Position numbers and translations under genes: made by a program. A model generated the notes under the pieces. That model searched no databases. It was not told where the DNA came from and was given only the letters and a program-made list of their open reading frames with translations. A stretch of 62,168 nt of DNA from Acidobacteriota bacterium (GTDB lineage Bacteria > Acidobacteriota > Terriglobia > 2-12-FULL-54-10): assembly GCA_016199675.1 (NCBI GenBank), contig JACQGE010000117.1:1-62168 (forward strand), written 5' to 3'. The stretch's first letter is position 1; every line of letters begins with the position of its first letter. Of the stretch, positions 37,636 to 48,001 are shown piece by piece.

Positions 37636-38289
37636 ATGGCCAATGTGGGAATAAACCAGGAAGCGGTGCGAGGGGATAGCCCGGATGTTTTGAGGCGGCA
37701 GGCGCTCCGCCTGGAGTACATCCTCATCTCTTACAATACGCTCGAAGGCATCATTGCCATTGCTGCCGGATGGCTCGCAGGCAGCATTGCGCTGGTCGGT
37801 TTTGGGATGGATAGCGCCATTGAAGTTATGGCGGCGGTGATTCTGGTCTGGCGGCTCCGATACGCGGATTCGGTGGAAGAAGAAACCGAACGGGAAAGGA
37901 AGGCTTTGTTCGGTGTTGGGCTGACCTTTTTTGTACTGGCAGCTTACGTCATCTATGAAGCGGGTACGACCTTGCTTCGCCACGAAGCGCCGGAGGCAAG
38001 TTGGATCGGGATTGCGTTAGCAGTGGCTTCTTTGATTGTCATGCCCATCTTAGGTCTTGCCAAGCGAAGGATTGCCCTGGCAATGGGGAGCCGGGCGCTG
38101 GCTGCGGATGCCATGGAGACGTTGGTGTGCGCCTATCTTTCTTTTGCTCTGCTGCTGGGGCTAGGGCTGAACGCACTGCTTGGATGGTGGTGGGCAGACC
38201 CACTGGCGGCTCTCGCCATGGTGTGGTACATCAGCAAAGAGGGATGGGAAGACGTGCTGGAAGCAAGGGAGAAAGGCCCTACTAGATAA
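37636..38289 (+). CDS. Cation transporter (CDF-like transmembrane domain only)
   Basis: 217 aa with several TM helices and IALVGFGMDSAIEV. No cytoplasmic CDF C-terminal domain. Confidence 0.65.
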   Translation: MANVGINQEAVRGDSPDVLRRQALRLEYILISYNTLEGIIAIAAGWLAGSIALVGFGMDSAIEVMAAVILVWRLRYADSVEEETERERKALFGVGLTFFVLAAYVIYEAGTTLLRHEAPEASWIGIALAVASLIVMPILGLAKRRIALAMGSRALAADAMETLVCAYLSFALLLGLGLNALLGWWWADPLAALAMVWYISKEGWEDVLEAREKGPTR

Positions 38290-38296
38290 AATTAAA

Positions 38297-38319
38297 GGGC
38301 TGGCGAACACCGCCAGCCC
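38297..38319. terminator. Strong hairpin after the cation transporter gene
   Basis: GGGCTGGCG-aacac-CGCCAGCCC, a 9-bp perfect stem. A T-rich tract is present only on the minus-strand side. Confidence 0.45.
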
Positions 38320-38593
38320 CGGCAAAGCGAAACTGAAGTTCGTCCCCCCGGCGTTCTCCAGCTTCTCTTTTACCTCCTGAACAATTATGACGATAAACCG
38401 GAAGAGTACTGATGCCAATAGTGCAAAAGTAACTTTTTTGATAGGACTAATGGGCTATTCGAAAAATTTAGAAAAGTGGGCGGCAATTTCGGATTTGGAA
38501 CCAAAAACGCAATGAAAGAGCAGCGAGCTCGGTGGAAGGCTTATAATCGAGCTTTAAACTTTTGTAAGGAAACTGGAGCCGGAAACAGGGAGC

Positions 38594-39289
38594 GTGCCTG
38601 TGAGCAAGTGCCTGATTTTTGATGCTGACGATACGCTATGGGAAAATAACATCTATTTCCTGCGCGCCATCGAGGAATTTCTAGAGCTCATCGCTCCGCT
38701 GGCGCCAAACCGCTCCGAGGTTCTGAAGGCATTGTCGGCAGTGGAGAAAGAACTGATCCCACGGGGAGGCTATGGGAGCCGGAATTTTCTTCGCGCCTTG
38801 GAAGAAACATTCCGCCGTTTCTACGCCGGGAGCGATGGCTGGGCCTATTTGCAAGGGATTGGACAAATCGGAGAACGACTGCGGAGCCATCCGATGCAGC
38901 TTCTGCCGGGAGTGGCCTCCATTTTGCAATCGCTGCGGCTTAAACATCGCCTAATGCTCTTCACCAAAGGGGACCAGGAAGAGCAGTCGAACAAGATAGG
39001 GCGTTCCGGCTTGCAGGATTACTTTGACCGGCTGGAAATCGTCGAGGAAAAACATACCCTGGCCTACCAGCGATTGATTCAGAGCCATCAGCTTTCCCCA
39101 CAACACACGTTCATGATCGGCAACAGCCCCCGTTCCGATGTCGCGCCGGCGCTGGCGGCGGGACTCTGGGCGGTATACGTTCCCCACCGTCACACCTGGG
39201 AACTGGAACACGAAGAAGTCAAGCCGCATCCGCGGCTGCTGGTTGCTGCTTCCATCCAGGAAATTCCCGCGCTGCTAGCCTCTTTCTGA
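38594..39289 (+). CDS. HAD-superfamily hydrolase
   Basis: Motif I is LIFDADDTLW. GTG 38594 or GTG 38600 could be the start. Confidence 0.75.
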   Translation: MPVSKCLIFDADDTLWENNIYFLRAIEEFLELIAPLAPNRSEVLKALSAVEKELIPRGGYGSRNFLRALEETFRRFYAGSDGWAYLQGIGQIGERLRSHPMQLLPGVASILQSLRLKHRLMLFTKGDQEEQSNKIGRSGLQDYFDRLEIVEEKHTLAYQRLIQSHQLSPQHTFMIGNSPRSDVAPALAAGLWAVYVPHRHTWELEHEEVKPHPRLLVAASIQEIPALLASF

Positions 39290-39346
39290 AGCGGCCAGCG
39301 TTCTCGATTAGGTTCCTGCGAACTATTTTGCTTCCGGGCCGGCTCG

Positions 39347-39820
39347 TCATGTTGCATTGTGCGAGCGAATCTTTTGCATCTCGGCCAAAAGGCGCTGTTG
39401 TTGATCCTCCGGTATTTTCGAGTCGGCATACTTCAGCAAATTATCCTCTTCATCAACGATGTGGCACTGCACCGCATCATGGAACTCGATGCCCAGCCGG
39501 AAAAGTTCAACCAGGTTTCGCTCAGAAGGAGTTTCGGGGAAGGAAGACAGCAATTGGTCCAGGCATTGTTCGGTTTCGCGGACGTGACCATGCTCTTGAT
39601 CCATCTTGGCCAATAAATCCGGGGCCAGAGAGCGCAAGGCGGGATAGAAGACATCCTCTTCCATCTGAAAGTGCCCTAGAGCAATCCGCTGGATTTCCTG
39701 GAAACTTTGATGGATTCCAGCGACTTGAACGGCATTCAGACGCTTCAGGGCGCGGAGCAAAGAATCGAGATGGGTTTCGATTCTGCGGTGATCGGCGCGC
39801 AGGAGATCGGAGGGTTTCAT
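39347..39820 (-). CDS. Hemerythrin-like domain protein
   Basis: LRADHRRIE...HFQMEEDVFYP...EHGHVRE. Start at ATG 39820. Confidence 0.75.
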   Translation of the reverse strand: MKPSDLLRADHRRIETHLDSLLRALKRLNAVQVAGIHQSFQEIQRIALGHFQMEEDVFYPALRSLAPDLLAKMDQEHGHVRETEQCLDQLLSSFPETPSERNLVELFRLGIEFHDAVQCHIVDEEDNLLKYADSKIPEDQQQRLLAEMQKIRSHNAT

Positions 39821-39886
39821 GGGCGGCGATAAAAAAGCTCCTGGCCCTGCAGTCAGGACCAGGAGTCCAGGCAATCGAGACTGCTC

Positions 39887-40363
39887 TTACGCAACCCGGC
39901 TCAAAGAAAATCCCAATATCTGCGGCCGGGCTAGCCGGGCAAAGTCTTCATACTTCATGCGGATCGTGTCCTGGTGAGTACCCGCGTTGAAGACAATTTC
40001 CGGGTCCCGGCTGAGGGACTCATCCACGCATACCGGCAGGCCGTAGAGATTGCCGAAAGGCGGCATGGCCCCGACTTCACAGTCCGGGAAAAGGCCAGTG
40101 AATTCAAACTCAGTGGCTAGCCGGACCTCTTGTGCGCCGAGCGAAGCCTGGAGGGCTGCCAAGTCCACCTTAGCGGTGGCGGGCAGCACTGCCATTACAT
40201 ATCTCCCGTCTGTCTTAACAACGACCGCCTTGGCCATTAGTTTTCCGGGGATGTGCTCTTCGGCAGCAACTTCTTGGGCAGTGTAGGCAGTGCGGTGGAC
40301 GACGTGTTGGTAGGAGACGTTTTCTTTGTCCAGGTAATCCTTGATACGGGTTAGAAGGTACAT
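39887..40363 (-). CDS. YbaK/EbsC-type aminoacyl-tRNA deacylase domain protein
   Basis: 158 aa. HIPGKLMAKAVVVK...GAMPPFGNLYGLPV is typical of the family. GGAGG lies before ATG 40363. Confidence 0.7.
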   Translation of the reverse strand: MYLLTRIKDYLDKENVSYQHVVHRTAYTAQEVAAEEHIPGKLMAKAVVVKTDGRYVMAVLPATAKVDLAALQASLGAQEVRLATEFEFTGLFPDCEVGAMPPFGNLYGLPVCVDESLSRDPEIVFNAGTHQDTIRMKYEDFARLARPQILGFSLSRVA

Positions 40364-40466
40364 AAAGCCTCCTCTCTCCCCGCCATCGGGTTTCAGGAAC
40401 CCCAACTTTATTTTACCACTGGATAGATTTTTTCTATCCGACTTTTCCGGGTGCTTTCGAAAGCGT

Positions 40467-40892
40467 TCAGGCGGGGCGGGCGTTGATGTCCTCTTTCCGA
40501 ATCCGGTCCAGGATGCCGTTGAGGAACAGGACGGCATCTTCTCCGCTGTACTTTCGCGCGATCTCTAAAGCCTCGTTGATGGCGACGGCAGGAGGCGCTT
40601 CTGGATGGTGCAGGAGTTCGTAGATACCCAGCCGCAGAACGTTCCGATCCACTACCGGCATTCGTTCCAGGCTCCAGCCCTCGGTGTAAGTTCGGATGAG
40701 ATGGTCAATCTCTTCGATGTTGCTTTCTACACCTTCAAATAACTGGTTTGCAAAAGAACGCAGAGCTTCATCCTCGTCTGGACGGGTGTTGGACCAAAAC
40801 AACTCCTGGACAATCTCTGGATTATGCCGTCCAAGGTCCCACTGGAACAGCATCTGTAAGGCGCATTCACGGGCTTTTCTTCGGGAAGGCAT
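40467..40892 (-). CDS. nusB: Transcription antitermination factor NusB
   Basis: RRKARECALQMLFQWD...AINEALEIARKY. Confidence 0.9.
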   Translation of the reverse strand: MPSRRKARECALQMLFQWDLGRHNPEIVQELFWSNTRPDEDEALRSFANQLFEGVESNIEEIDHLIRTYTEGWSLERMPVVDRNVLRLGIYELLHHPEAPPAVAINEALEIARKYSGEDAVLFLNGILDRIRKEDINARPA

Positions 40893-40913
40893 GGGAAATG
40901 CAACGTGAAAAAA

Positions 40914-41447
40914 TCAGCCGCGCGAACCTCTGCGGGGTGGAGGAGTGGAGGAATGCTGAATTTTTTTCAGCAAGTTTGCCATTTCGATAGCCGTCATGGC
41001 AGCTTCAAATCCTTTGTTCCCGGATTTTAATCCGGCGCGATCCACGGCCTGCTCCAGATTCTCGACGGTAAGAATACCAAACGACATGGGAACGCCGGAA
41101 GCTAATGCTGCCCCGGCCACTCCCTTGGCGGCTTCCGCGCTGATGTATTCAAAATGAGGCGTCTCGCCCCGCAGGATCGTCCCCAGGCAGATGATGGCAT
41201 TATAGCGTCCCGTCTCGGCCAGGCGCTTGGCAGCAACAGGGATTTCAAAACTTCCTGGCACGCGAACGACATCGATGGCGTTCCCGTCTGCCCCGGCGCG
41301 GTGCAAGGCGTCCAAGGCGCCACTGAGCAACCGTTCGGTGACGAAAGCATTGAACCGGCTCACTATGATAGCGAAATGGAGTCCGGAAGCCCTCAGATCG
41401 CCTTCAATTTCCCGGTATTTCTTGTTGTTCTGCTCCACAGTGCTCAT
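40914..41447 (-). CDS. ribH: 6,7-dimethyl-8-ribityllumazine synthase
   Basis: [43 protein letters not shown]. Confidence 0.9.
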   Translation of the reverse strand: MSTVEQNNKKYREIEGDLRASGLHFAIIVSRFNAFVTERLLSGALDALHRAGADGNAIDVVRVPGSFEIPVAAKRLAETGRYNAIICLGTILRGETPHFEYISAEAAKGVAGAALASGVPMSFGILTVENLEQAVDRAGLKSGNKGFEAAMTAIEMANLLKKIQHSSTPPPRRGSRG

Positions 41448-41453
41448 TGGTTT

Positions 41454-42236
41454 TCATCGACCGGTAAACTGCGGGGATCGTTTTCCCAAGAAAGATTTTA
41501 TCCCCTCGCGCATATCCTCGGTAGCAAAGGCCATGCCGAACAGCGCGCTTTCCAGGAGTAAACCCTGTTCCAGGGATACATTCAGCCCCTGGTGGATGGC
41601 CTCCAGGCAATATTGAACGGCCAGTGGGGCATTGGCAATGATTTTCTTGGCGAGATCTTTAGCTGCAGGCAAAAGCTGTTCTGGCGGAACAACCTGATTT
41701 ACCAGCCCCCAGCGAAGCGCCTCTTCCGCAGAGATCGGCTCGCCGCTTAAAATCATTTGCAACGCCATTCCCTTGCCAATTAGTCGCGGCAGGCGCTGCG
41801 TGCCCCCATAGCCCGGAATGATGCCCAGTTTCACCTCCGGTAGTCCCAGGCGGGCCGACTGAGTGGCAATGCGGATGGAACAGGACAGCGCCAGTTCGCA
41901 GCCACCTCCCAGGGCGAAGCCGTGGATGGCTGCAATGGTGGGCTTGCCTAAGTTTTCAACCTTGTGGAAGAATGCCTGTCCGCGCAAGGAAAATTCTCTG
42001 GCCTGGAGCGGAGAATAATCAGCGAATTCATTGATGTCGGCGCCAGCAACAAAAGCTCTGTCCCCCGCACCTGTCAAAATCACGACTCGGACGTTGGGAT
42101 CATGCTGGAACTCGCGAAAACAGGCCTCCAGTTCTTCGAGGGTTTTGGCGCTCAGAGCATTCAGGACTTTGGGGCGGTTGATGGTTACCAGGGCAATGGA
42201 TTCGCTGGCTTCCACCAAGAGATTTTCATACGGCAT
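41454..42236 (-). CDS. Enoyl-CoA hydratase/isomerase (crotonase)
   Basis: ALVTINRPKVLNAL, LTGAGDRAFVAGADI, GFALGGGCELAL. Start at ATG 42236. Confidence 0.85.
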   Translation of the reverse strand: MPYENLLVEASESIALVTINRPKVLNALSAKTLEELEACFREFQHDPNVRVVILTGAGDRAFVAGADINEFADYSPLQAREFSLRGQAFFHKVENLGKPTIAAIHGFALGGGCELALSCSIRIATQSARLGLPEVKLGIIPGYGGTQRLPRLIGKGMALQMILSGEPISAEEALRWGLVNQVVPPEQLLPAAKDLAKKIIANAPLAVQYCLEAIHQGLNVSLEQGLLLESALFGMAFATEDMREGIKSFLGKRSPQFTGR

Positions 42237-42267
42237 AGGCGTCCTCTTCTTCTCGTCAAATACGATG

Positions 42268-43158
42268 CTACCGGCGATCCAACTCCAGCGGCTTGGGAGA
42301 GTTGGGGTCGGAGTAATCGTAAAATCCCTTCCCGGACTTGCGTCCGTACCGACCCGCAATCACCAATCGCTTCAGCAAGCCGGGAGGAGCGAAACGCGGT
42401 TCGCGGAATTCCTCAAACACAATATTAGCGATGGAGCAGGCGGTATCCAAGCCGATAAAGTCCAGCAAAACGAATGGGCCCATGGGATGACCGCAGCCCA
42501 GCTTCATGGCACGATCTATATCGGCGATGGAGCCTGCGCCTTGCTCCAGCGCGCGGATTGCATCCATCAAGTAGGGGATCAGAAGCCGGTTTACAATAAA
42601 GCCCGCGCTATCGGAAGCGCATACGGGCGTTTTCCCGAGCTTCCCGGCGAATGCCAGAACAGTCTGGTGCACCTGCGGGTCCGTGAGAATAGTTCGGACG
42701 ATCTCGACCAATTCCATCACAGGGACCGGGTTGAAGAAGTGCAAGCCGACAAAACGTTCGGGGCGGCTGGTGGCCATCATCATTTCTGTGATCGAAAGGG
42801 AAGAAGTATTGCTGGCCAGGATGGCTTCGCGTTTAAGGATGCCGTCCAGGGCTCGCCACAACTGCAATTTCTCTTCGCGGTTTTCTATGATCGCTTCAAT
42901 AACCAGATCACAGTTCGACAACTGCGATTTGTCGGTGACAGCTTTCAGGCGATTTTGGATCGCAGTCCCTTCGTGAGGCGAAAGAGTTCCCTTTTGAACT
43001 AACCGCTCCAGCCGCTGGGAGATGTTGTGCATCCCCCTCTGGCAAAGCTCTTCGCTGGCTTCCAAAACGACCGTAGGGAAACCGGCTGTAGCCGCGACCT
43101 GGGCAATCCCGGAGCCCATCAGCCCACAACCGATGACGCCCACTTCCCGAATTTGCAT
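42268..43158 (-). CDS. hbd: 3-hydroxyacyl-CoA (3-hydroxybutyryl-CoA) dehydrogenase
   Basis: VGVIGCGLMGSGIAQV and SNTSSLSITE. Start at ATG 43158. Confidence 0.85.
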   Translation of the reverse strand: MQIREVGVIGCGLMGSGIAQVAATAGFPTVVLEASEELCQRGMHNISQRLERLVQKGTLSPHEGTAIQNRLKAVTDKSQLSNCDLVIEAIIENREEKLQLWRALDGILKREAILASNTSSLSITEMMMATSRPERFVGLHFFNPVPVMELVEIVRTILTDPQVHQTVLAFAGKLGKTPVCASDSAGFIVNRLLIPYLMDAIRALEQGAGSIADIDRAMKLGCGHPMGPFVLLDFIGLDTACSIANIVFEEFREPRFAPPGLLKRLVIAGRYGRKSGKGFYDYSDPNSPKPLELDRR

Positions 43159-43205
43159 TTCGGTTTGCTCCTTTTTTCCGCAACAACTGATGGGCCCTGA
43201 AATCA

Positions 43206-45725
43206 CTAGATCGGAGGAGGGTCTAAGAGCTTAGTGATGCCCTCCCCGTCTTGTTGTGCCGCTTCCAAGGCCGCTTCCAGGCGGTTGATCAATTCAGTGA
43301 TAACATCAGCGGTGTCCATGTTCGCGCTGCGTACTGTCTCCGCGACGCCCACAACCAATGGGGGTGGACCTTCGGAACCGGGCGGTTTCTTTGTGCCCGT
43401 TACCCTTCTCAGTTTTTCCACGACAGCCACGGCGTCTTTTCCGGTAGTTCCCGGAAGAATGAGGGCCAGGGAGTGAGGGCCGTATTTGAGGGCAATATCG
43501 TTTTGCCGTAAATGCGACACCACAGTATTGGAAAACTCCACCACAAATTCATCCAGCGATTGTTTTCCGCCGGATTTGGCCGAGGGTAGTTGCGGCGGAG
43601 ATAAATCCAGAATCGCACCGGCGAGAGGGGAATTTTGAGCCCGCATCCGCTCCGCTTCTGAAAGTAAACAGGGCAAATAAGAATCCCTGTGCAATAATCC
43701 AGATTCTTCGTCCGTCACCGCCAGGGCTTTCATTAAGTTGCGGAGGCGCACATTGGCCACAGCGAGAACAATCTGCTCGGCCAGGGTTTCCACGCCTGCC
43801 AGATCGTTGCTTTTCCAGACCCGCTGCTCTCCACATTGCTCCAGAACCAGGATGCCGATCATCTGTTCCCCATCGTGCAAAGGAAGGGCCGCCAAGGATT
43901 GCACTTGCAGGGCGGTCAACGAAGCCTGCAAAGCGGTCAACGAAGGGACTTGGAAAACATTCTCCGCGATCAGAGGGGCGTTCTGGTTCGCAATGATTTG
44001 CTGAAGACTCATCACCAGCTTGCCCAGCAGAGAGGCATCCGACGGAGCAATGCCGGGAGCAATGTATTCCATTGCCATCGAAGGGGGGCGGTTCGGAGCT
44101 GCCAACCCAACTACGCAACGGCTTAACTGCCAAAGCCGTCCAATATCGTTGACCGCCGCCACGAGCACTCCTTTCACCGTGCCTTGTCGGGAGAGGTTGC
44201 GGCTGACGTCGGAGACGCGGTTCAGATAAGAGCGAAAATCCTGCGTTTCAGCAACAACCGAGGGATTGGGGGAAATGGCGTACCGAGGTTTGAATCGAGA
44301 TCTTTGATACAGTTGCCGGAGTTCGTCGTTCTTTTCTTCCTCGTGCGGAAAAAGTTTGGCAATGCGCTCCAGGCGCTCTCGGGCTTTGTCAGCCAAATTG
44401 TACTGAAGGAAAATTTCTGTTTGCAGAATCAGGTCGGTGAGGGCATTGCCTTCTCCGGAGGGGCTAGGGGATTCCCCGTGTTCCCCTTCCGGCTCGGCGG
44501 ATTCTTGCGCAGAGGTTTCGGCGGGGGCGGGAGTTTTGCCCAACCGGCTGGCGAGTTCATTCCACATCTTTCGTTCGATTTTGCCTTCCAGCCGATCCAG
44601 TTTGCTGAAAGAGCCTGGGTCATAGGGATCAATAGTCGTGGTTCGCTCGAGGACATCCGCTGCTTTGGGAAATTCCCCTGCTGCTGCATAAAGATCAAAA
44701 AGATGATTTAAGGTCGTCGATAAGGGGGTGTCCAGATGAAGCCGATCAAAGATCCGAGTCAGGTATTCCAGGATGGGGATCGCGGTATCTTCGCTCTGAC
44801 TCAATTTTTCGGCGAAGGAGATTAACTCTCTCTGCCTGCCGCTTGCGGAGAGTTGCCGATCCAGCTTTTGGAGCATTTCGAGCGCGCGGGGGATTTCTCC
44901 TTGGCGGAGATATTGCATCTCGATATTCACCAAAGGGTGGATGGCTTCCGGAGAGAGTTGGAGGAGCTTCCAATAAAGAGGCTCGGCCTTTTGCAGTTGC
45001 TTCTCTGCCAAGTAGGCCTCAGCCAGCAATCTCAAAACTTCCTGATTGTCCGATTGTGCCGCCGCGTCCGATAGCAGTTCGATCACCCGGGGAAAGCGGT
45101 TGGCTTTGGAGCAGGCGGTTGCAAGAACCAGTTTGGTGGAAGGGTCGCCGTCCGACAGGCGGTGGGCTTCTTCCAGGGCCTCGATGGCTTCTGCATATCT
45201 GCCTTCCGTGGACCGCAACTCGCCCATTTTCTGATAGGCGGAAGCCGCTAGAGCTGTTTTGCCCAGTTTCAAAGCAACGGCGGCGGTGCGCGCCTGGATT
45301 TCCAACGAAGCCGGTTGCAGCCGGGCGAGACTCTGCAGGCACTGGAGCATCAATTCCGGCTCCTGCCCACCGGAGTCTTGCAATGCCTGCTGGTAATATT
45401 CCACCGCTTCCTCGGGATTCGATGCTTCCAGAAGCCGTGCGCCGCGAAGCAAACGGTTGAGTCCCACTGGCCCGACCCGCTGCAACTTGCGGAGGAACTC
45501 AGTAGCCTTTGTTACGTCGCTTCTTTCCGCATACCGGTCAAATAGATACTCGAAACATTGCCGGCATTCACTCACCCGGTTAAGCCGTTGGTACAGATCG
45601 GCCACTGTCTGCACGGCGGCATCATTGGAGGAATCCTCCTTCCAGGCGAGCAAATATTCTTCCAGGGCTGCTTCTAATTTGCCCTTCTGGAGAAGACGCT
45701 CCGCTTTTTCTTCATGCTTACCCAT
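43206..45725 (-). CDS. TPR-repeat / GAF / degenerate GGDEF multidomain protein
   Basis: N-terminal ~330 aa are TPR-like helices and the middle is GAF-like. The C-terminal GGDEF-fold region has GGDEF replaced by YGPHSLALILPGT. Confidence 0.7.
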   Translation of the reverse strand: MGKHEEKAERLLQKGKLEAALEEYLLAWKEDSSNDAAVQTVADLYQRLNRVSECRQCFEYLFDRYAERSDVTKATEFLRKLQRVGPVGLNRLLRGARLLEASNPEEAVEYYQQALQDSGGQEPELMLQCLQSLARLQPASLEIQARTAAVALKLGKTALAASAYQKMGELRSTEGRYAEAIEALEEAHRLSDGDPSTKLVLATACSKANRFPRVIELLSDAAAQSDNQEVLRLLAEAYLAEKQLQKAEPLYWKLLQLSPEAIHPLVNIEMQYLRQGEIPRALEMLQKLDRQLSASGRQRELISFAEKLSQSEDTAIPILEYLTRIFDRLHLDTPLSTTLNHLFDLYAAAGEFPKAADVLERTTTIDPYDPGSFSKLDRLEGKIERKMWNELASRLGKTPAPAETSAQESAEPEGEHGESPSPSGEGNALTDLILQTEIFLQYNLADKARERLERIAKLFPHEEEKNDELRQLYQRSRFKPRYAISPNPSVVAETQDFRSYLNRVSDVSRNLSRQGTVKGVLVAAVNDIGRLWQLSRCVVGLAAPNRPPSMAMEYIAPGIAPSDASLLGKLVMSLQQIIANQNAPLIAENVFQVPSLTALQASLTALQVQSLAALPLHDGEQMIGILVLEQCGEQRVWKSNDLAGVETLAEQIVLAVANVRLRNLMKALAVTDEESGLLHRDSYLPCLLSEAERMRAQNSPLAGAILDLSPPQLPSAKSGGKQSLDEFVVEFSNTVVSHLRQNDIALKYGPHSLALILPGTTGKDAVAVVEKLRRVTGTKKPPGSEGPPPLVVGVAETVRSANMDTADVITELINRLEAALEAAQQDGEGITKLLDPPPI

Positions 45726-45819
45726 GGGTCGTGCTCTTCCTGTACAAAGGCCCCAAAGAAAAAATCCGACAAGTTGTTATTCTAATGAAAAGCGGGACGC
45801 TTGTGATAGAGAATTCAAG

Positions 45820-45850
45820 ATCAAAGGGGTTTTGCCTTTGATTTAGTTTT
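45820..45850 (+). terminator. Orphan terminator-like hairpin (plus strand)
   Basis: ATCAAAGG-ggttttg-CCTTTGAT followed by TTAGTTTT. There is no plus-strand CDS upstream of it. Confidence 0.35.
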
Positions 45851-46012
45851 CCGCAAGGAGAGCTAATCGACTGCATCCTGTGTCAAGAAGAGAAATGGAG
45901 CAGCTAGGACAATCCAAGAGGTATCCCCTCCTGGTTTGAGAAAGTAATCAAGGGAAAAAGGGGGGCAAGAAAAACAAGGATTGAGCGGCAAACCGCAACG
46001 AGCGGGTCTGCC

Positions 46013-46041
46013 TTGACAATTTTCTGCGTGGCAATTATGCT
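46013..46041 (+). promoter_or_regulatory. Candidate sigma70-type promoter of rplM-rpsI
   Basis: TTGACA, 17-nt spacer, TATGCT. Confidence 0.45.
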
Positions 46042-46078
46042 GAAAGTTCAAGAAATTCTTATAATAAAGGTCACGGAG

Positions 46079-46516
46079 TTGCAAACGTATTTTCCCCGCA
46101 AGGGCGAAATTCAAGCGAAATGGTACATTGTGGACGCCAGCGGCCAAGTCCTGGGACGGCTGGCAACTCAAGTGGCTACCCTGCTGCGCGGGAAGCATCG
46201 GGAGAATTTTACTCCCTTTCTGGATCTTGGGGATCACGTGATTGTAGTGAACGCTGCGAAAATACGCCTCACGGGAAACAAACTGGAGCAAAAAGTCTAT
46301 CAGTATCATACCGGCTATCCAGGGGGACTCAAAGAAATCTCCGTCCGCCGCAAGTTGCGAGAACATCCCGACCGTGTCGTGGAAGAAGCGATCCTCGGAA
46401 TGCTTCCGAAGACCAAACTGGGCAAAGCGATGGGACGGAAGCTCCTTGTTTATGCCGATGACAAACACCCTCACCAGGCGCAAAAACCAGAACCTTATTC
46501 CTTGGAGAAAACCTGA
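46079..46516 (+). CDS. rplM: 50S ribosomal protein L13
   Basis: (M)[32 protein letters not shown] 46079 gives the usual ~145-aa length. The upstream ATG 46037 overlaps the putative -10. Confidence 0.85.
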   Translation: MQTYFPRKGEIQAKWYIVDASGQVLGRLATQVATLLRGKHRENFTPFLDLGDHVIVVNAAKIRLTGNKLEQKVYQYHTGYPGGLKEISVRRKLREHPDRVVEEAILGMLPKTKLGKAMGRKLLVYADDKHPHQAQKPEPYSLEKT

Positions 46517-46521
46517 TAATC

Positions 46522-46935
46522 ATGGGAGAACTGAGCCAAACGCCAGCGAAGCAACAATATTATGGGACAGGAAGGCGCAAGACGAGCGTTGCCCGTGTTT
46601 TCCTACGTCCCGGCAGCGGCAATTTCGCCGTAAACGGGCGATCGCTGGAGGGGTATTTCCTTTCAGAGACCCAACGGGTTTTGATCCGCTACCCTTTGCA
46701 AGCGGCGGAGATGCTCGACAAGATGGATGTGCTCATTACGGTCCGGGGAGGCGGCATCAATAGCCAGGCGGGAGCGGCTCGGTTAGGCATCGCCCGCGCA
46801 TTGCTGACGTACAACGCCGAGCTTCGGCCGCAAATCAAGAAATTGGGGTTGCTCACTCGCGATTCCAGAGGAAAGGAACGGAAAAAGTATGGCCGCAAGG
46901 GTGCGCGAAAACGGTTCCAATTCTCTAAGCGCTGA
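46522..46935 (+). CDS. rpsI: 30S ribosomal protein S9
   Basis: [16 protein letters not shown]... and the C-terminal [11 protein letters not shown]. Confidence 0.95.
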   Translation: MGELSQTPAKQQYYGTGRRKTSVARVFLRPGSGNFAVNGRSLEGYFLSETQRVLIRYPLQAAEMLDKMDVLITVRGGGINSQAGAARLGIARALLTYNAELRPQIKKLGLLTRDSRGKERKKYGRKGARKRFQFSKR

Positions 46936-47020
46936 TGAGGGCCCTGCCATCGAAAACGAAAGGAGTGCTAAAATAGCGAATGGATATGATTTTAGGATCA
47001 TCCTTTAAAAAGGAGGGTTT

Positions 47021-47923
47021 TTGCCGACGATCACGATGAAAGAACTGCTGGAAGCGGGCGTTCACTTTGGTCATCAGACCAAACGTTGGAATCCCAAGAT
47101 GAAGGAATATATTTTCGGCGAGCGCAACGGTATTCACATCATTGATTTGCAAAAAACCCTCAAAATGTTCAAAGAAGCCTCCCGCTTTGCGGCGGAATTA
47201 GCGGCAGAGGGAAAGATCATCCTTTTTGTAGGAACCAAGCGGCAGGCACAGGAAGCCATTGCAGAAGAAGCCAAGCGCTGCTCCATGTTCTATGTGAATC
47301 AGCGATGGCTAGGCGGCTTGCTTACCAATTTCTCCACCATTCAAAAATCCATCCGTCGGCTCAAAGAATTGGAAGAGATGTCGAAGGATGGGCGGTATGA
47401 ACTCCTCCCCAAAAAAGAGGTCATTCAGTTGGAGCGCGAGCGGAAGCATTTGGAGCAAAACCTGGCCGGCATTAAAGAGATGCCTGGACTGCCAGACGCG
47501 CTTTTTGTCATTGATTCTTTCAAAGAAGAGATTGCCGTGCGGGAAGCTCGCAAGTTAAGCATATCGGTGGTCGCGGTCGTGGACACTAATTGCGATCCGC
47601 AGCCGATCACTTACCCAATCCCCGGCAATGACGATGCGCTCCGCGCTATCCGTCTGTTCACCTCCAAGATTGCCGATGCAGTGCTGGAAGGAAAGCAAGT
47701 GTCGGCGGAGCAGGCCCTGGAACAGGAACGGATCGCATCGGAAGAAGGGACCGCTGTTGCAGCCGTAGGAGAGGAAGAGGAAGAATCGGAACTGTCTCCG
47801 GAAATGACAGCCGAGGGATATTTGCCGCCATCGCAATTCCGCAAAGAGCCAGCTACCGAAAGCCAAGACGACAGCGATGAGCCTTATGATGTCTCCGACT
47901 TAACCGCCCGACAAGGTTTTTGA
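47021..47923 (+). CDS. rpsB: 30S ribosomal protein S2 with an acidic C-terminal extension
   Basis: [30 protein letters not shown] start. Confidence 0.95.
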   Translation: MPTITMKELLEAGVHFGHQTKRWNPKMKEYIFGERNGIHIIDLQKTLKMFKEASRFAAELAAEGKIILFVGTKRQAQEAIAEEAKRCSMFYVNQRWLGGLLTNFSTIQKSIRRLKELEEMSKDGRYELLPKKEVIQLERERKHLEQNLAGIKEMPGLPDALFVIDSFKEEIAVREARKLSISVVAVVDTNCDPQPITYPIPGNDDALRAIRLFTSKIADAVLEGKQVSAEQALEQERIASEEGTAVAAVGEEEEESELSPEMTAEGYLPPSQFRKEPATESQDDSDEPYDVSDLTARQGF

Positions 47924-48001
47924 CCGGGAATCAGAGACCTAGAACCGAGGCGGGAAAACCGGAATCATCTACTAGGGAGGAGTGAAGTCCCAAAGATCAA
48001 A

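Noticed and set aside
46013-46078. Upstream ORF-track start (TTG 46013 / ATG 46037) for rplM
   Set aside because: The extra residues (MTIFCVAIMLKVQEILIIKVTE) are not L13-like, and ATG 46037 overlaps the putative -10 hexamer. TTG 46079 gives the canonical L13 N-terminus and length.
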